A DNA stretch of 64,000 nt from Chloroflexota bacterium (GTDB lineage: Bacteria; Chloroflexota; Limnocylindria; Limnocylindrales; CSP1-4): NCBI GenBank assembly GCA_034430475.1, contig DAOUEA010000071.1:25098-89097 (forward strand), in the 5' to 3' direction. Position numbers and translations under genes: made by a program. Shown here piece by piece: positions 24,732 to 36,299 of the stretch. Within the stretch, counting starts at the first letter, position 1; each line of letters opens with the position of its first letter. Below the pieces are notes generated by a model. The model was given only the letters and a program-made list of their open reading frames with translations, had not been told where the DNA came from and ran no database searches.

Positions 24732-25607
24732 ATGGCTTCATTGGCCGCTCACCTGCCGGGCACGCGCCTGGCCGGCGCCCTGGCGGTCGCGCTCCTCGTT
24801 GCCGGCTGCACCGCAGGCCAGGCCAGCCCCACGCCGCAGCCGTCGCCCTCGCCGTCGCCGAGCGACTCGATGCCCGGCTCCTTCTACCTGCGGGCCTGGC
24901 GTACCCAGGCGCTGGAGCGCCAGTACACCTTCGGCTGGCTGCCCGTGGCGACCGTGGCCGACGGCTCGTTCATCGACGGTCTGGTCGCCGTTCCGGCCAT
25001 CTATCCCGGCCCTCTCTGGATCGGGCCGTCCGCGTCGCCCATCTCGGAGGAGGGAATCGCCACCATCGTGGCCGAGGCCGCCCGGCTGGGCCTGCTCGAC
25101 GAAACGGGCGACTTCACCGCCGACATGGTGCCGGGCTCCGTCGCGGGCCACATCCTGATGGTCATCAACGGCCGGAGCTACGAGCTGGCCGGAGATCCCG
25201 AGAAGCTGCTCCGTTGCCGCTGCATCCCCGAGCCGGGCACCGCGCCGGCCTTCGCCGCCTTCTGGCAGCAGGTGAGCAACATGAGGGAGTGGCTGGCCGA
25301 GTACCTTGGCCCGTCCCAGCCGTACCAGCCCGAACGGCTGGCGGTCCTGGTGACGCCGCCCGTCGAGGGTGAGTCGGGGATCACACCCGGCCGGATGGAC
25401 TGGCCGCTGGCCACGCCGTTCGCCAGCTTCGGCTCGGACTTCGGCGGCGGGCTGCGCTGTGGAGTGGCCGCCGGAGCGGACCCGGATCTGCTCCTGCCCG
25501 CTCTCAAGCGGGCCAACCAGCTGACCGGCTTCGAGGATACCGAGGGGGCCGTCCGTTCCCTGCAGGCGAGAGCCCTGGTTCCCAGCGAGCCGAGCCCCTG
25601 CGGCTAG
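24732..25607 (+). CDS. Lipoprotein of unknown function
   Basis: 291 aa. Lipobox LLVAGC followed by an SPTPQPSPSPSPS linker. No family recognised. Confidence 0.6.
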   Translation: MASLAAHLPGTRLAGALAVALLVAGCTAGQASPTPQPSPSPSPSDSMPGSFYLRAWRTQALERQYTFGWLPVATVADGSFIDGLVAVPAIYPGPLWIGPSASPISEEGIATIVAEAARLGLLDETGDFTADMVPGSVAGHILMVINGRSYELAGDPEKLLRCRCIPEPGTAPAFAAFWQQVSNMREWLAEYLGPSQPYQPERLAVLVTPPVEGESGITPGRMDWPLATPFASFGSDFGGGLRCGVAAGADPDLLLPALKRANQLTGFEDTEGAVRSLQARALVPSEPSPCG

Positions 25608-25712
25608 GCAGCGATCCGGCGGCCGGGGTCCGCAAGCGGGGGTGCCGGGGCGACCCGCGAGTCCTTTACGTTTCGGGCCGAACGAACGTTGCGCCCGCTC
25701 ACGCGGCGGCCG

Positions 25713-27482
25713 ATGCTGAGCCTCATGAAGCACGTCAGCCGCCCGCTCCGGCCGCTGCGCCCCACCGGCCCGCAGCACATTCCTCACTTCGGGGCCGGCC
25801 TGTTGGAGAGGTCGCTCCTCAACAAGGACACCGGCTTCGACGACCGTGAGCGCGACGCCTTCGGCCTGCGCGGCCTGCTGCCGCCGCGGGTCGAGGCGAT
25901 CGAGCAGCAGGTTCTCCTCGAGCTTGAGCACCTGCGCCACAAGCACGACGACCTGGAGCGGTACATCGGGCTGTCGTCGCTGCAGGACCGCAACGAGACG
26001 CTCTTCTACCGGGTTCTCCTGGAGAACCTCGAGGAGCTGATGCCGATCGTCTACACGCCCACCGTGGGGCGTGCCTGCCAGACATTCAGCCACATCATGC
26101 GGCGGCCGCGTGGGCTGTGGATCACACCGGCCGACAAGGACCGGATCCCCACCCTGCTCCGCAACGCCCGGCCGGAGGCCTCCTCGACGGGGGTCGGCAA
26201 GGAGGACGTGCGGCTCGTCGTGGCCACCGACAACGAGCGGATCCTGGGCCTGGGCGACCAGGGGGCCGGGGGCATGGGCATCCCGATCGGCAAGCTGGCG
26301 CTGTACACGGCCGGCGCAGGAATCTACCCCGCCTGCACGCTGCCGATATCGCTGGACGTGGGCACGGACAACGAGGAGCTGCTGGCCGATCCTCTGTACG
26401 TCGGCTTCCGTCAGCGCCGCCTTCGCGGCACGGACTACGATGAGTTCCTGGAGGCCTTCATCGACGCCATTCTGGCTGTCTTCCCGCGGGCCGTCCTGCA
26501 GTGGGAGGACTTCAAGCAGCACAACGCCATACGCATCCTGGACCGCTACCGTCGGCGCGTGACCAGCTTCAACGACGACATCCAGGGGACGGGGGCGGTG
26601 GTGCTGGCAGGGGTCCTGGCCGCCAATCGGGTGCTCGGCTGTCCGATGCGCGAGCAGCGTTTCGTCTTCGTAGGGTCTGGGGCGGCCGGGATCGGCATCG
26701 CCCGGCTGGTTCGGGCTCAGCTGCTGGCCGAAGGGGTAAGCCCCGAGGATGCCAAGCGGGCCATCGTCATGGTCGACAGCAAGGGCCTGGTGTTCGAGAG
26801 TCGGGCCAGGCTCGACGCGGACAAGCTCGAGTTCGCCCTGACGCCGGCCGAGGCGTCCTCCTACGGCCTGGGCAGTATCGCGCCGTCCCGGCGCCTGGAC
26901 CTGGAGTCGGTCATCGGGGCCGTGAAGCCGACGGTGCTCATCGGGACCAGCGGGGCCCCGGGTGCCTTCACCGAGAAAGCGGTCCGCACCATGGCCGAGC
27001 ACGTCGAGAGGCCGGTCATCTTTCCCCTTTCCAACCCCACGGCCAAGTCCGAGGCCGTGCCGGCGGACATCCTGGCCTGGACCGGCGGTCGGGCCCTGGT
27101 AGCGACCGGGAGCCCGTTCCCGCCCCTGCGGCACGACGGCCGGGAGTACCTCGTCGGCCAGGCGAACAACGTCTTCATCTTCCCCGGCATGGGCCTGGGC
27201 GCGATCGTGGCCGAAGCTCGCGAGATCACCGACGAGATGTTCCTTCTGGCGGCGCGAACCCTGGCCGGGATGGTATCGACCGAGCGTCTGGCGGCCGGTG
27301 CGCTGTACCCGGCCGTCTCGGATCTGCGGCGCGTCTCACGCGAGATCGCGGCCAAGGTCGTCTGCCAGAGCCGTGACTGCGGAGTTGGCCGGCTCTTCCA
27401 CGACGACGAGGTTTACCAGGCCGTGGACGACGCTATGTGGGAGCCCGACTACCTGCCCTACGAGCTGGCCGAACGCGACTAG
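25713..27482 (+). CDS. NAD(P)-dependent malic enzyme (large, SfcA/MaeA-like)
   Basis: LLNKDTGF..ERD.FGLRGLLPP, NETLFYR, PIVYTPTVG.AC, dinucleotide fold FVGSGAAGIG and LSNPT. Start uncertain: TTG 25689, ATG 25713 or ATG 25725. Confidence 0.92.
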   Translation: MLSLMKHVSRPLRPLRPTGPQHIPHFGAGLLERSLLNKDTGFDDRERDAFGLRGLLPPRVEAIEQQVLLELEHLRHKHDDLERYIGLSSLQDRNETLFYRVLLENLEELMPIVYTPTVGRACQTFSHIMRRPRGLWITPADKDRIPTLLRNARPEASSTGVGKEDVRLVVATDNERILGLGDQGAGGMGIPIGKLALYTAGAGIYPACTLPISLDVGTDNEELLADPLYVGFRQRRLRGTDYDEFLEAFIDAILAVFPRAVLQWEDFKQHNAIRILDRYRRRVTSFNDDIQGTGAVVLAGVLAANRVLGCPMREQRFVFVGSGAAGIGIARLVRAQLLAEGVSPEDAKRAIVMVDSKGLVFESRARLDADKLEFALTPAEASSYGLGSIAPSRRLDLESVIGAVKPTVLIGTSGAPGAFTEKAVRTMAEHVERPVIFPLSNPTAKSEAVPADILAWTGGRALVATGSPFPPLRHDGREYLVGQANNVFIFPGMGLGAIVAEAREITDEMFLLAARTLAGMVSTERLAAGALYPAVSDLRRVSREIAAKVVCQSRDCGVGRLFHDDEVYQAVDDAMWEPDYLPYELAERD

Positions 27483-27773
27483 GCCCGGCCGCGGCCCCGT
27501 CGGCGCCGCAACCAGCCCTATCCGCCCCCAACGCCCCCACACCGTCACGCCGGGGAGGGCCGGGCGGCGCTGTACGTAGTCCTCAGGGACCAGAGAGGGC
27601 TACCCCGGACAGGACCTATTGCGGATGGGATTCCGGGCTCCAATACGTCAGTGTACCTATTAGAAGCCGAACCCCAAGGCGGGGCCCGGAAGGCCCAGAA
27701 GAAGGCCCACTCCGCCCACCGTCTCAGGCCGTATTCGTGAGACGCATCCCGGCGGGCTCGAAGGAGACAGAAG

Positions 27774-28328
27774 ATGGCCGTTGGAGCACTGAATCCGGCA
27801 ATGCCGGTTCAAGGAAACGTCCCCACCAAGAAGCGCCCCGGCCATTTCGTGGCTCTCACCGAGGATGGCCGCATCGACGCCATGCTGGCGCAGAGCGGCA
27901 TGCTTGCCGCGCTGCTCGAAAAGCGCGCTCCCATCAACATCAACACGATCTTCCGCGGGCCCAATGACGGCACCAACATGGCGGCCATCTCGGGGTCCAA
28001 GAGCGTCGATCCGTACGACATCTCCATCGTCATGCCGGCCGCCGACGGCGACCCGCTGGTCAGCGACGCTGACAAGGACGCCTGGCAGCGGTTCCGGGTG
28101 GCCTACGACGTGACCCTCGAGGCCACTCCCTTCCGCGTGACCGGGGTGCTGTACCTCCTGCCCTCGCAGGATGCGATGGCTCTGACCGAGCGCGGCAGCG
28201 AGCTCTTCCTGCCGGTGTTCACACCCATGGTTCACTGCGGTGCCATGACGCTCGTGGACGTGCCCCACGACGCGATCCTGGTCAACCGCTCCCACATCCG
28301 CAAGGTCACTGCCTCGATGCGGCGCTAG
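27774..28328 (+). CDS. Hypothetical cytoplasmic protein, no family recognised
   Basis: 184 aa. AAGGAG 7 nt upstream of the ATG. GC-rich third positions consistent with neighbouring genes. No TM helix or signal peptide. Confidence 0.6.
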   Translation: MAVGALNPAMPVQGNVPTKKRPGHFVALTEDGRIDAMLAQSGMLAALLEKRAPININTIFRGPNDGTNMAAISGSKSVDPYDISIVMPAADGDPLVSDADKDAWQRFRVAYDVTLEATPFRVTGVLYLLPSQDAMALTERGSELFLPVFTPMVHCGAMTLVDVPHDAILVNRSHIRKVTASMRR

Positions 28329-28531
28329 CCGCCCGTGACCCGACTCGGCCCGGCGACCCGGGCCGGCCAGAGAACAGATCCTTCACGCGCAGAACGGTGC
28401 GGCTCTGGGCCAGTCGTGCCGCTTCTGCGCGTCTTCTTTGCGGTGCGAGAATGCGGGCAACGGGCCCGGGCGGGCAGACGTCGCGCCGACAGGGTCCCCC
28501 AGTAGCGGCCGATTGCCCCGGGGAGGTCGAG

Positions 28532-29650
<1,119 letters not shown>

Positions 29651-29780
29651 GCCAGGCCGGGCGTCGAACAACTCTCCGGCGCCGGTCGTCAGGATCTAGA
29701 GGCCCCGGCGGAGCCTGTGCCTGCGCCGCGGTTCCATTCAGGCGACAATCGCTTCAACAAACCGCAGCAGGGAGAAGCGA

Positions 29781-31787
29781 ATGAGCTACTCAACGACGCG
29801 TCGGCGCGGTCCCGCGCCGACCTCCCGGCGTGGCCGCACGCTGCGCCACCTGGCGATCCTGGCCACGGCCTTCGTCGTCGCCGCCTGCGGCAGCTCCTCG
29901 CCCAGCGCTACCGAGCCGGGCACGGCCCAGCCCTCCGCCACGGGCGCGGCCAGCTTGGCCGCCGAGGCCTGGCTCGACACGTCGCTGCCCATCAAGGACC
30001 GCGTCGCGGCGCTCCTGGCAGAGATGACGCTGGACGAGAAGATCGGCCAGATGTCGGCCGTCATCAACCAGGACCCGAGCAGGGGCTGGCAGCCGCGCGA
30101 CCCCGGCGACGTCATCACGGGCTGGTTCGGGGCCATGCTCTCCGGCGGTGACGGCAACCCCTCCGGCGCCAACACGGCCCAGAACTGGTACGCGATGATC
30201 GAGGTCTACCAGCAAGCGGCTCTCAAGACGCGCCTGGCCATTCCCATGCTGTACGGCGTCGACGCCGTCCACGGCGACGCCCACGTGGGCGGCACCACCG
30301 TGTTCCCCCACAACATCGGCATGGGCGCCACCCGCGATCCGGCTCTCGTCGAGAAGGCCTGCCAGGTGACGGCCGTCGAGACGGCGGCTACGGGCGCCCG
30401 CTGGGACTTCGGGCCGGTCGTGGCGGTCGTGCTGGACGTCCGCTGGGGCCGCACCTACGAGAGCTACGGCGAGAGCACCGACCTGGTGAGCCAGCTGGGC
30501 ACCGCCTGCCTGCAGGGCCTCCAGGGCGACAGCCTGACCGACCAGCAAACCGTCGTGGCCGACCCCAAGCACTACCTCGGTGACGGCGGGACGGCCTGGG
30601 GCAGCTCCACGGCCAGCGCCGGGAGTTCGCAGTACATGCTCGACCAGGGCGTGACCCAATTCGACAACGACACCATCGCCGACCTGTTCCTGCCGCCCTA
30701 TCGCGAGGCCGTCGATTCCGGCGCGCGGGTGATCATGGCGTCGTACACCAGCACCCAGAGCGGCGGCAAGGTGCACGGCGACCCGTACTGGCTGACCGAC
30801 AAGCTCAAGGGCGAGCTGGGCTTCACCGGCTTCGTCGTCTCCGACTGGGGCGGCATCGGCCAGCTCAACGCGGACTACCGGGAGGCCGTCAAGCAGGGCA
30901 TCAACGCCGGCATCGACATGGCCATGCTCCCCGGCAACTGGCGCGAGTTCGCCAATGCCATGAAGAGCCTGGTCGCGAGCGGCGAGATCTCGCAGGCCCG
31001 GGTCGACGACGCCGTCAGTCGCATCCTGACCGTCAAGTTCGAGATGGGCCTCTTCGAGAACCCGCTGCCCCCCTCCGGCGAATGGGCCAACGTGGGCTCG
31101 GCGGCCAACCGGGCCGTTGCCCGCCAGGCCGTCGCCGAGTCGGCGGTCCTGCTCAAGACCGGCAGCGGCGTCCTGCCCGTCGCCAAATCGGGCAAGACCG
31201 TGCTGCTGGCCGGCCCGGCCGCAGACGACATTGGGCTCGCCTCCGGCGGCTGGACCCTCACCTGGCAGGGACAGGCCGGCAACCTGACCGAGGGCACGAC
31301 CCTGAAGGAGGCGCTCGAGGCGCAGCTCGGGTCGAGCCTGACCTACAGCGCCGACGCCATGTTCTCCGGCTCGGGCAAGGCCGACGTGGGCATCGTGGTT
31401 GTCAGCGAGAGGCCCTATGCCGAAGGCGTGGGCGACTCCGCCACCCTGGCCCTCCCGGCCGAGGACGTGGCCCTCATCGCCAGGATGAGGCCGCTGGTGG
31501 ACAAGCTGATCGTGATCGTCTACTCGGGTCGGCCGGTCGTGCTGGACGGCATCGCCGGCCAGGCCGACGCGCTGATCGCGGCCTGGCTGCCCGGCACGGA
31601 AGCCGGCTCCGGGCTGGCAGACGTGCTCTTCGGCGACGTGCCCTTCACCGGGCAGACGCCGTTCACCTGGCCCAAGACTGCGGACGACTCCCCTCGCTAC
31701 GGCAAGAGCGCTTGCGAGGGGGCGGTCTACCCCTACGACTACGGTCTGGATGCCACGGGAAAGCTGCTTGGACCGGCTGCCTGCTGA
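29781..31787 (+). CDS. Exported (lipoprotein-type) glycoside hydrolase family 3 beta-glucosidase-like enzyme
   Basis: 668 aa. Lipobox FVVAACGS, then LDEKIGQM and the GH3 nucleophile region GFTGFVVSDWGG. Confidence 0.9.
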   Translation: MSYSTTRRRGPAPTSRRGRTLRHLAILATAFVVAACGSSSPSATEPGTAQPSATGAASLAAEAWLDTSLPIKDRVAALLAEMTLDEKIGQMSAVINQDPSRGWQPRDPGDVITGWFGAMLSGGDGNPSGANTAQNWYAMIEVYQQAALKTRLAIPMLYGVDAVHGDAHVGGTTVFPHNIGMGATRDPALVEKACQVTAVETAATGARWDFGPVVAVVLDVRWGRTYESYGESTDLVSQLGTACLQGLQGDSLTDQQTVVADPKHYLGDGGTAWGSSTASAGSSQYMLDQGVTQFDNDTIADLFLPPYREAVDSGARVIMASYTSTQSGGKVHGDPYWLTDKLKGELGFTGFVVSDWGGIGQLNADYREAVKQGINAGIDMAMLPGNWREFANAMKSLVASGEISQARVDDAVSRILTVKFEMGLFENPLPPSGEWANVGSAANRAVARQAVAESAVLLKTGSGVLPVAKSGKTVLLAGPAADDIGLASGGWTLTWQGQAGNLTEGTTLKEALEAQLGSSLTYSADAMFSGSGKADVGIVVVSERPYAEGVGDSATLALPAEDVALIARMRPLVDKLIVIVYSGRPVVLDGIAGQADALIAAWLPGTEAGSGLADVLFGDVPFTGQTPFTWPKTADDSPRYGKSACEGAVYPYDYGLDATGKLLGPAAC

Positions 31788-31817
31788 GGCGCGCCGATTC
31801 CTCGCCCTAACAAACAC

Positions 31818-31844
31818 GAAGCCGGCGCCTCTGGCGCCGGCTTC
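31818..31844. terminator. Hairpin between convergent genes (likely bidirectional terminator)
   Basis: GAAGCCGGCGCC-tct-GGCGCCGGCTTC is a perfect 12-bp stem, followed by a modestly T-containing tract (tcctatct). Confidence 0.6.
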
Positions 31845-31868
31845 TCCTATCTGGCGGGTCGGGCGGGG

Positions 31869-32369
31869 CTAGCCGCCCAGCACGACCAGAGCGATCTCCG
31901 GGTCAACCTGTTCGGTCAGCAGGACCGCCAGCCGGTTTGCCGCCTCCTGGGCATCAGGGTTGCCCCAGGTGAAGCGCGTCGAGTTCGCGGACATGTCCCA
32001 ATCCTCGATGCGCGACTGGCTGAAGCGGGCCCGATGGCGCTCGCAGCAATTGACAGTCAGGTCGTCTTCCACCTGGATGCCGTGGCCGCTGATGAAGTAG
32101 CTGCCCACCTTGGCCACGATCTCGACAGGTCCGGTCCCGTTGGCGAAGAAGCCGACGGCCGAGACCGACTCGCGGCCCAGCCAGCCGGCGATGGCGTCCA
32201 CCAGAACGGCGGACGACTTCGCTTCGAGCCAGCCGTCGCCGCGCACGATCTGCGCGACCTGGCGGCCGATGCCGGCGGCCTCTTCCGTGACCAGCGCGGC
32301 CATGAACTCGCGATTGAGCGAGGCAACCGCCTGGCTGAGGCTCTTGGAACGTTGAGTGACCTGATCCAC
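31869..32369 (-). CDS. Hypothetical protein, no family recognised
   Basis: 166 aa, GTG start. Soluble composition. Motif GCTACATAG lies 15 nt upstream on the same strand. Confidence 0.5.
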   Translation of the reverse strand: MDQVTQRSKSLSQAVASLNREFMAALVTEEAAGIGRQVAQIVRGDGWLEAKSSAVLVDAIAGWLGRESVSAVGFFANGTGPVEIVAKVGSYFISGHGIQVEDDLTVNCCERHRARFSQSRIEDWDMSANSTRFTWGNPDAQEAANRLAVLLTEQVDPEIALVVLGG

Positions 32370-32605
32370 CTGAGATGCCCTGCGCTATGTAGCCGTGTGC
32401 GAGTCCACGTTAGATGAGCCCGTCAGCGCGTCAAGTGCGGCCTTACGGCCACGCCGGCGGTACTTTTGGAGTCGACACCGGTAATCCTCCGGTCCGGTGC
32501 CGGCGTTGCCCCGCCGCACCTCGGTCCGCATGGCGGCTGCCAGGGAGGTTGCATCCTCCTTTTGGCTCGCGGTGTCGAGGCGCAACACCCCCCGGACCAT
32601 CAATC

Positions 32606-34261
32606 CTACCGCGACTGGCGAGAAAGGGAAGCCCCCAAAGCGCCCGAAACGACCGATTTGGCCTCGTCGATGATGCATTCCAGGTGCTCGACGCCCCGAA
32701 AGCTCTCTGCGTAGACCTTGTAGACGTCCTCCGTGCCCGACGGACGGGCGGCGAACCAGCCGCTCTCGGTCAGGACCTTGACGCCGCCGATGGGCGCGCC
32801 GTTGCCGGGGGCCCGGGTCAGGACAGCCGTGATCGGCTCGCCGGCAATCTCGGTGGCGGGTATCTGCTCCGGGGAGAGCCCGGCCAGCACCGCCTTCTGC
32901 TCGCGCGTGGCCGGGGCGTCGATACGGCGGTAGGCGGGCGCCCCGAAACGGGCCGTCAGCTCAGCGTAGGCCCCGGCAGGTGTTTGCCCCAGCCGGGCCG
33001 TCAGCTCGGCCGCCAGCAGGCAGGCTATCAGGCCGTCCTTGTCCGTCGTCCAGACGGTGCCGTCCCGCCGCAGGAACGAGGCCCCCGCGCTCTCCTCGCC
33101 GCCGAAGCCGAGCGAGCCCTCGACGAGACCGGGAACGAACCACTTGAAGCCGACGGGGACCTCCAGGAGCCGCCTTCCCAGCTCGGCCGTGACGCGGTCG
33201 ATCATGGCCGTCGAGACGAGCGTCTTGCCCACCGCCACTTCCGGACGCCAGTCCCGGTTGCGGTACAGGTAGGCCACCGCCGCCGAGAGGAAGTGGTTGG
33301 GATTCATCAAGCCAGCCTTGCCAGAGACGATGCCGTGGCGATCGGCGTCGGTGTCGTTGGCGAAGGCGACATCGAACCGGTCGCTCAGCGAGACCAGGCT
33401 GGCCATGGCGTAGGGCGAGGAGGGATCCATCCTGATGCGCCCGTCCCAGTCGACGGTCATGAAGCCGAAGGTCGGGTCGACGGTCTCGTTGGTGACGGTC
33501 AAGTCCAGGCCGTAGCGGTCGCGGATGGCGCCCCAGTAGCCGACGCTTGCGCCGCCCAGCGGATCCACGCCGAGCTTCAAGCCGGAGGCGCCGATGGCTT
33601 CCATGTCCACCACTCCGGCCAGGTCGTCGACATAGGCGCCGGTGTAGTCGTGCGACCGAACCTCGGCCCGGGCCCGCTCGTAGCTGAGACGCGGGATGGA
33701 ATCGAGGCTCGACCGAAGCAGCTCGTTGGCCTGGTCCTGGATGGCCGTGGTGACATCCGTGTCGGCCGGGCCGCCATTGGGCGGGTTGTACTTGAAGCCG
33801 CCGTCCTCGGGCGGGTTGTGCGAGGGCGTGACGACGATGCCGTCCGCCAGGCCGCCGGTCCGGCCGCGGTTGTAGGTGAGGATGGCGTGCGAGATGGCGG
33901 GCGTGGGCGTGAGCCCGTCCGCCTGATCGGTCATCACCGTCACGCCGTTGGCCGCCAGGACCTCGATCGCCGTCCGGGTGGCCGGCGTCGACAGGGCGTG
34001 GCTGTCCTTGCCGATGAAGAGGGGCCCGTCGATGCCCCTGCCGGCGCGGTAGCGGCAGATCGCCTCTGTCGTGGCCAGGATGTGGGTCTCGTTGAAGGAC
34101 CCGTCGAGCGACGAGCCACGGTGGCCGGAGGTGCCGAAGGAGACCAGTTGCGAAGCCTGGCTCGGATCGGGCCGGACGTCGTAGTAGGCGGCGACGAGCC
34201 GATCGACATCCACCAGCATCGACTTCTCCGCGGGCTTGCCCGCTCGCTCGCTGATTGACAC
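32606..34261 (-). CDS. pgm: Phosphoglucomutase, alpha-D-glucose-phosphate specific
   Basis: GTG at 34261 with AGGAGG 9 nt upstream (the track ORF runs on to 35005). [19 protein letters not shown] parallels E. coli Pgm MAIHNRAGQPAQQSDLINV. Motifs FGTSGHRG and [22 protein letters not shown]. Confidence 0.93.
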   Translation of the reverse strand: MSISERAGKPAEKSMLVDVDRLVAAYYDVRPDPSQASQLVSFGTSGHRGSSLDGSFNETHILATTEAICRYRAGRGIDGPLFIGKDSHALSTPATRTAIEVLAANGVTVMTDQADGLTPTPAISHAILTYNRGRTGGLADGIVVTPSHNPPEDGGFKYNPPNGGPADTDVTTAIQDQANELLRSSLDSIPRLSYERARAEVRSHDYTGAYVDDLAGVVDMEAIGASGLKLGVDPLGGASVGYWGAIRDRYGLDLTVTNETVDPTFGFMTVDWDGRIRMDPSSPYAMASLVSLSDRFDVAFANDTDADRHGIVSGKAGLMNPNHFLSAAVAYLYRNRDWRPEVAVGKTLVSTAMIDRVTAELGRRLLEVPVGFKWFVPGLVEGSLGFGGEESAGASFLRRDGTVWTTDKDGLIACLLAAELTARLGQTPAGAYAELTARFGAPAYRRIDAPATREQKAVLAGLSPEQIPATEIAGEPITAVLTRAPGNGAPIGGVKVLTESGWFAARPSGTEDVYKVYAESFRGVEHLECIIDEAKSVVSGALGASLSRQSR

Positions 34262-34377
34262 CCGATCTCGCCTCCTCTGCGCTGGCCTCTTGCAGGGCGA
34301 ATGATGACGTGCCCGGGGGCCGCTCGCAGCGGCGAAGGCCGGTCTCTGTCGAGGCCGGCCTTCGGGATGAGCGGCTG

Positions 34378-36027
34378 CTAGTCGGTTGCGGCTGCCGGGC
34401 CCGGCATCTGCGGCGACAGGTGGTGGTCCAGATGGTCCGCCTGCTCGGCGTGGAAGTGGGCCCGCAGAGGCTTCTCCTCGAGGGCCAGCAGAGTCACGCA
34501 GCCCAGGACGGCGGCGACGATGCCGAGCAGCATCGAGTCGGCGATGGCGATCGAGAAGGCTTCGTTGAACCCTCGGGCCGCGACCTCGCGGAACTGCGGC
34601 GGGATCACCGAGAAGACGTCGCCCGCGGAGCCGCCGATCTTGGTCAGGTTGCCCATGTCGAGACCGGGCGGCGGCGAGGCCGGCAGGCCGGACCAACCGG
34701 CGTCGGCGATCGAGCTGCGCAGCAGGTCCCATGACAGGTTGTTGCGGAAGGCCGTGAAGGCGATCGTCAGGCCGATGGACGAGCCGATCTGGCGGATGAG
34801 GATCAGGTCGCTGGTGGCCGCGCCGAGGCGGGCGAACGACACGTCGTTCTGGACGATCAGCGGCAGCAGCGGCATGGTCGGTCCGATCCCAACGCCGGCG
34901 ATGGCCATCCACAGCCACAACTGTGGAGCGGGCGTATTCGGCCGCAGGTTCGTGAACAGAGCCAGGCCCACGGCCAGCGAGGCCATCGACATGACCATAA
35001 GCCACTTGTAGCGGCCGGTCCGGCTGGCGATCTGGCCCGATGCGATCGAACTGGCGATCAGACCGGCCAGGAAGGGGAAGAGCAGGTAGCCTGACTCAGT
35101 GGTGCTGGCCTGCTGCACGACCTGGAACCAGAGTGGCAGGAAGATGATGATCGTGGCGAAGCCGAACATGGCCAGGAAGGCCGCTCCGGCGGAGACGGCG
35201 AAGGTTCGGTTGCGGAGGAGATCGAGAGGGATCACCGGGTCCTCGGCCCTAGTCTCGGCGATCAGGAACGCCACCAGGCCGGCGAGGCCGAGGGCGAACC
35301 AGGCCACGACTGGCGTGTCGGTCCAATCGCCGTTCTGGGCCAGGGTCAATGCGACCAGAGACGCGACGACGGCGACGCTCAGGGTCACCACGCCCAGGAT
35401 GTCGAGGTTGAAGCGGACGTTCTCCTTACGCACGTTGGGCAGCAGCCGAACGATCAGGAAGAGCGAGACGAACCCGATCGGCACGTTCACGAAGAAGATC
35501 CAGTGCCAGGACAGGTTGTCCGTCAGGAAGCCGCCCAGGAACGGGCCGATCAGGAAAGCGACGCCGAAGACCGCCCCGAACAGGCCCTGGTACTTGCCGC
35601 GCTCGGCCGGGGTGAAGAGATCGCCCACGATGGCCAGCGCGATGGGGAACAGAGCTCCCGCGCCCAGACCCTGGAGGCCGCGGAACGCGACCAGCTGCCA
35701 CATCGTCTGGCTCAGGCCGGACAGCACCGAGCCGACCAGAAAGAGGCTGATCCCGAGCAACAGCATCGGCCGCCGGCCGTAGTAGTCGGACAGCTTGCCG
35801 TAGACGGGGATCGCGGCGGTGCTCGTGACCAGGTAGGAGGACACGGCCCAGACGTACAGGTCCACGCCGTCCAGGGAGGTGACGATGCGCGGCAGCACGG
35901 GCCCGACGATCGTCTGGTCGAGAGCGCTGAGGAAGAGGGCCAGCAGCACTGCCCCGACGATCTCGAGTCGGGCGCGGTTGCTGATCTGGATGGCGACCGG
36001 CCGGGCGGCGGTCTCGATGGTCGACAC
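34378..36027 (-). CDS. MFS transporter, DHA2 (14-TMS, EmrB/QacA-like) drug:H+ antiporter family
   Basis: 549 aa, GTG start with AAGGAG upstream. Motifs [22 protein letters not shown] and [11 protein letters not shown]. Confidence 0.9.
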   Translation of the reverse strand: MSTIETAARPVAIQISNRARLEIVGAVLLALFLSALDQTIVGPVLPRIVTSLDGVDLYVWAVSSYLVTSTAAIPVYGKLSDYYGRRPMLLLGISLFLVGSVLSGLSQTMWQLVAFRGLQGLGAGALFPIALAIVGDLFTPAERGKYQGLFGAVFGVAFLIGPFLGGFLTDNLSWHWIFFVNVPIGFVSLFLIVRLLPNVRKENVRFNLDILGVVTLSVAVVASLVALTLAQNGDWTDTPVVAWFALGLAGLVAFLIAETRAEDPVIPLDLLRNRTFAVSAGAAFLAMFGFATIIIFLPLWFQVVQQASTTESGYLLFPFLAGLIASSIASGQIASRTGRYKWLMVMSMASLAVGLALFTNLRPNTPAPQLWLWMAIAGVGIGPTMPLLPLIVQNDVSFARLGAATSDLILIRQIGSSIGLTIAFTAFRNNLSWDLLRSSIADAGWSGLPASPPPGLDMGNLTKIGGSAGDVFSVIPPQFREVAARGFNEAFSIAIADSMLLGIVAAVLGCVTLLALEEKPLRAHFHAEQADHLDHHLSPQMPGPAAATD

Positions 36028-36299
36028 GGGTTGCTCCTTGCTTATGCGGCTGCTCCGCCGGGCCCATTGGGGCCGGCGCCTGCTCGCTTGTGTGCGCCCA
36101 TCCTCCGGCGGGGTTGTGAAGGACTTGTGAGCGCCGGCCGGATTCCTGGTGACGGTTCCGGCTGCGCCGCCGCGCGCCCCCGCACGCGCGGGCGCGGTCC
36201 ACTTCGAGCTCTCACGCTAGCGTCGGGCAACGGATCCGGTTTGCCGCCGGCGGGCTCTTCCGCGGGCCGCAACAGGGCCGGCCGATCAGTCCAGCGGGC

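Noticed and set aside
24738-27134. 798-aa minus-strand ORF, the longest in this part of the track
   Set aside because: It lies antisense to a textbook malic enzyme gene. Its translation is Arg/Gly/Pro/Ala low-complexity with no motifs. This is a typical stop-codon-poor shadow frame of GC-rich DNA.
29790-31817. 675-aa minus-strand ORF
   Set aside because: It is antisense to the GH3 gene and has Arg/Gly/Asp/His-rich nonsense composition. Shadow ORF.
32385-32678. 97-aa minus-strand track ORF in the pgm-hypothetical spacer
   Set aside because: It overlaps the 3' end of pgm in another frame, has no ribosome-binding site at a sensible distance, and is Arg/Gly-rich. I kept only a low-interest note about the spacer.
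32606-35005. 799-aa ORF suggesting a giant phosphoglucomutase
   Set aside because: The upstream 248 codons run antisense through the MFS transporter gene. The GTG at 34261, with AGGAGG upstream, gives a 551-aa protein collinear with E. coli Pgm from residue 1.
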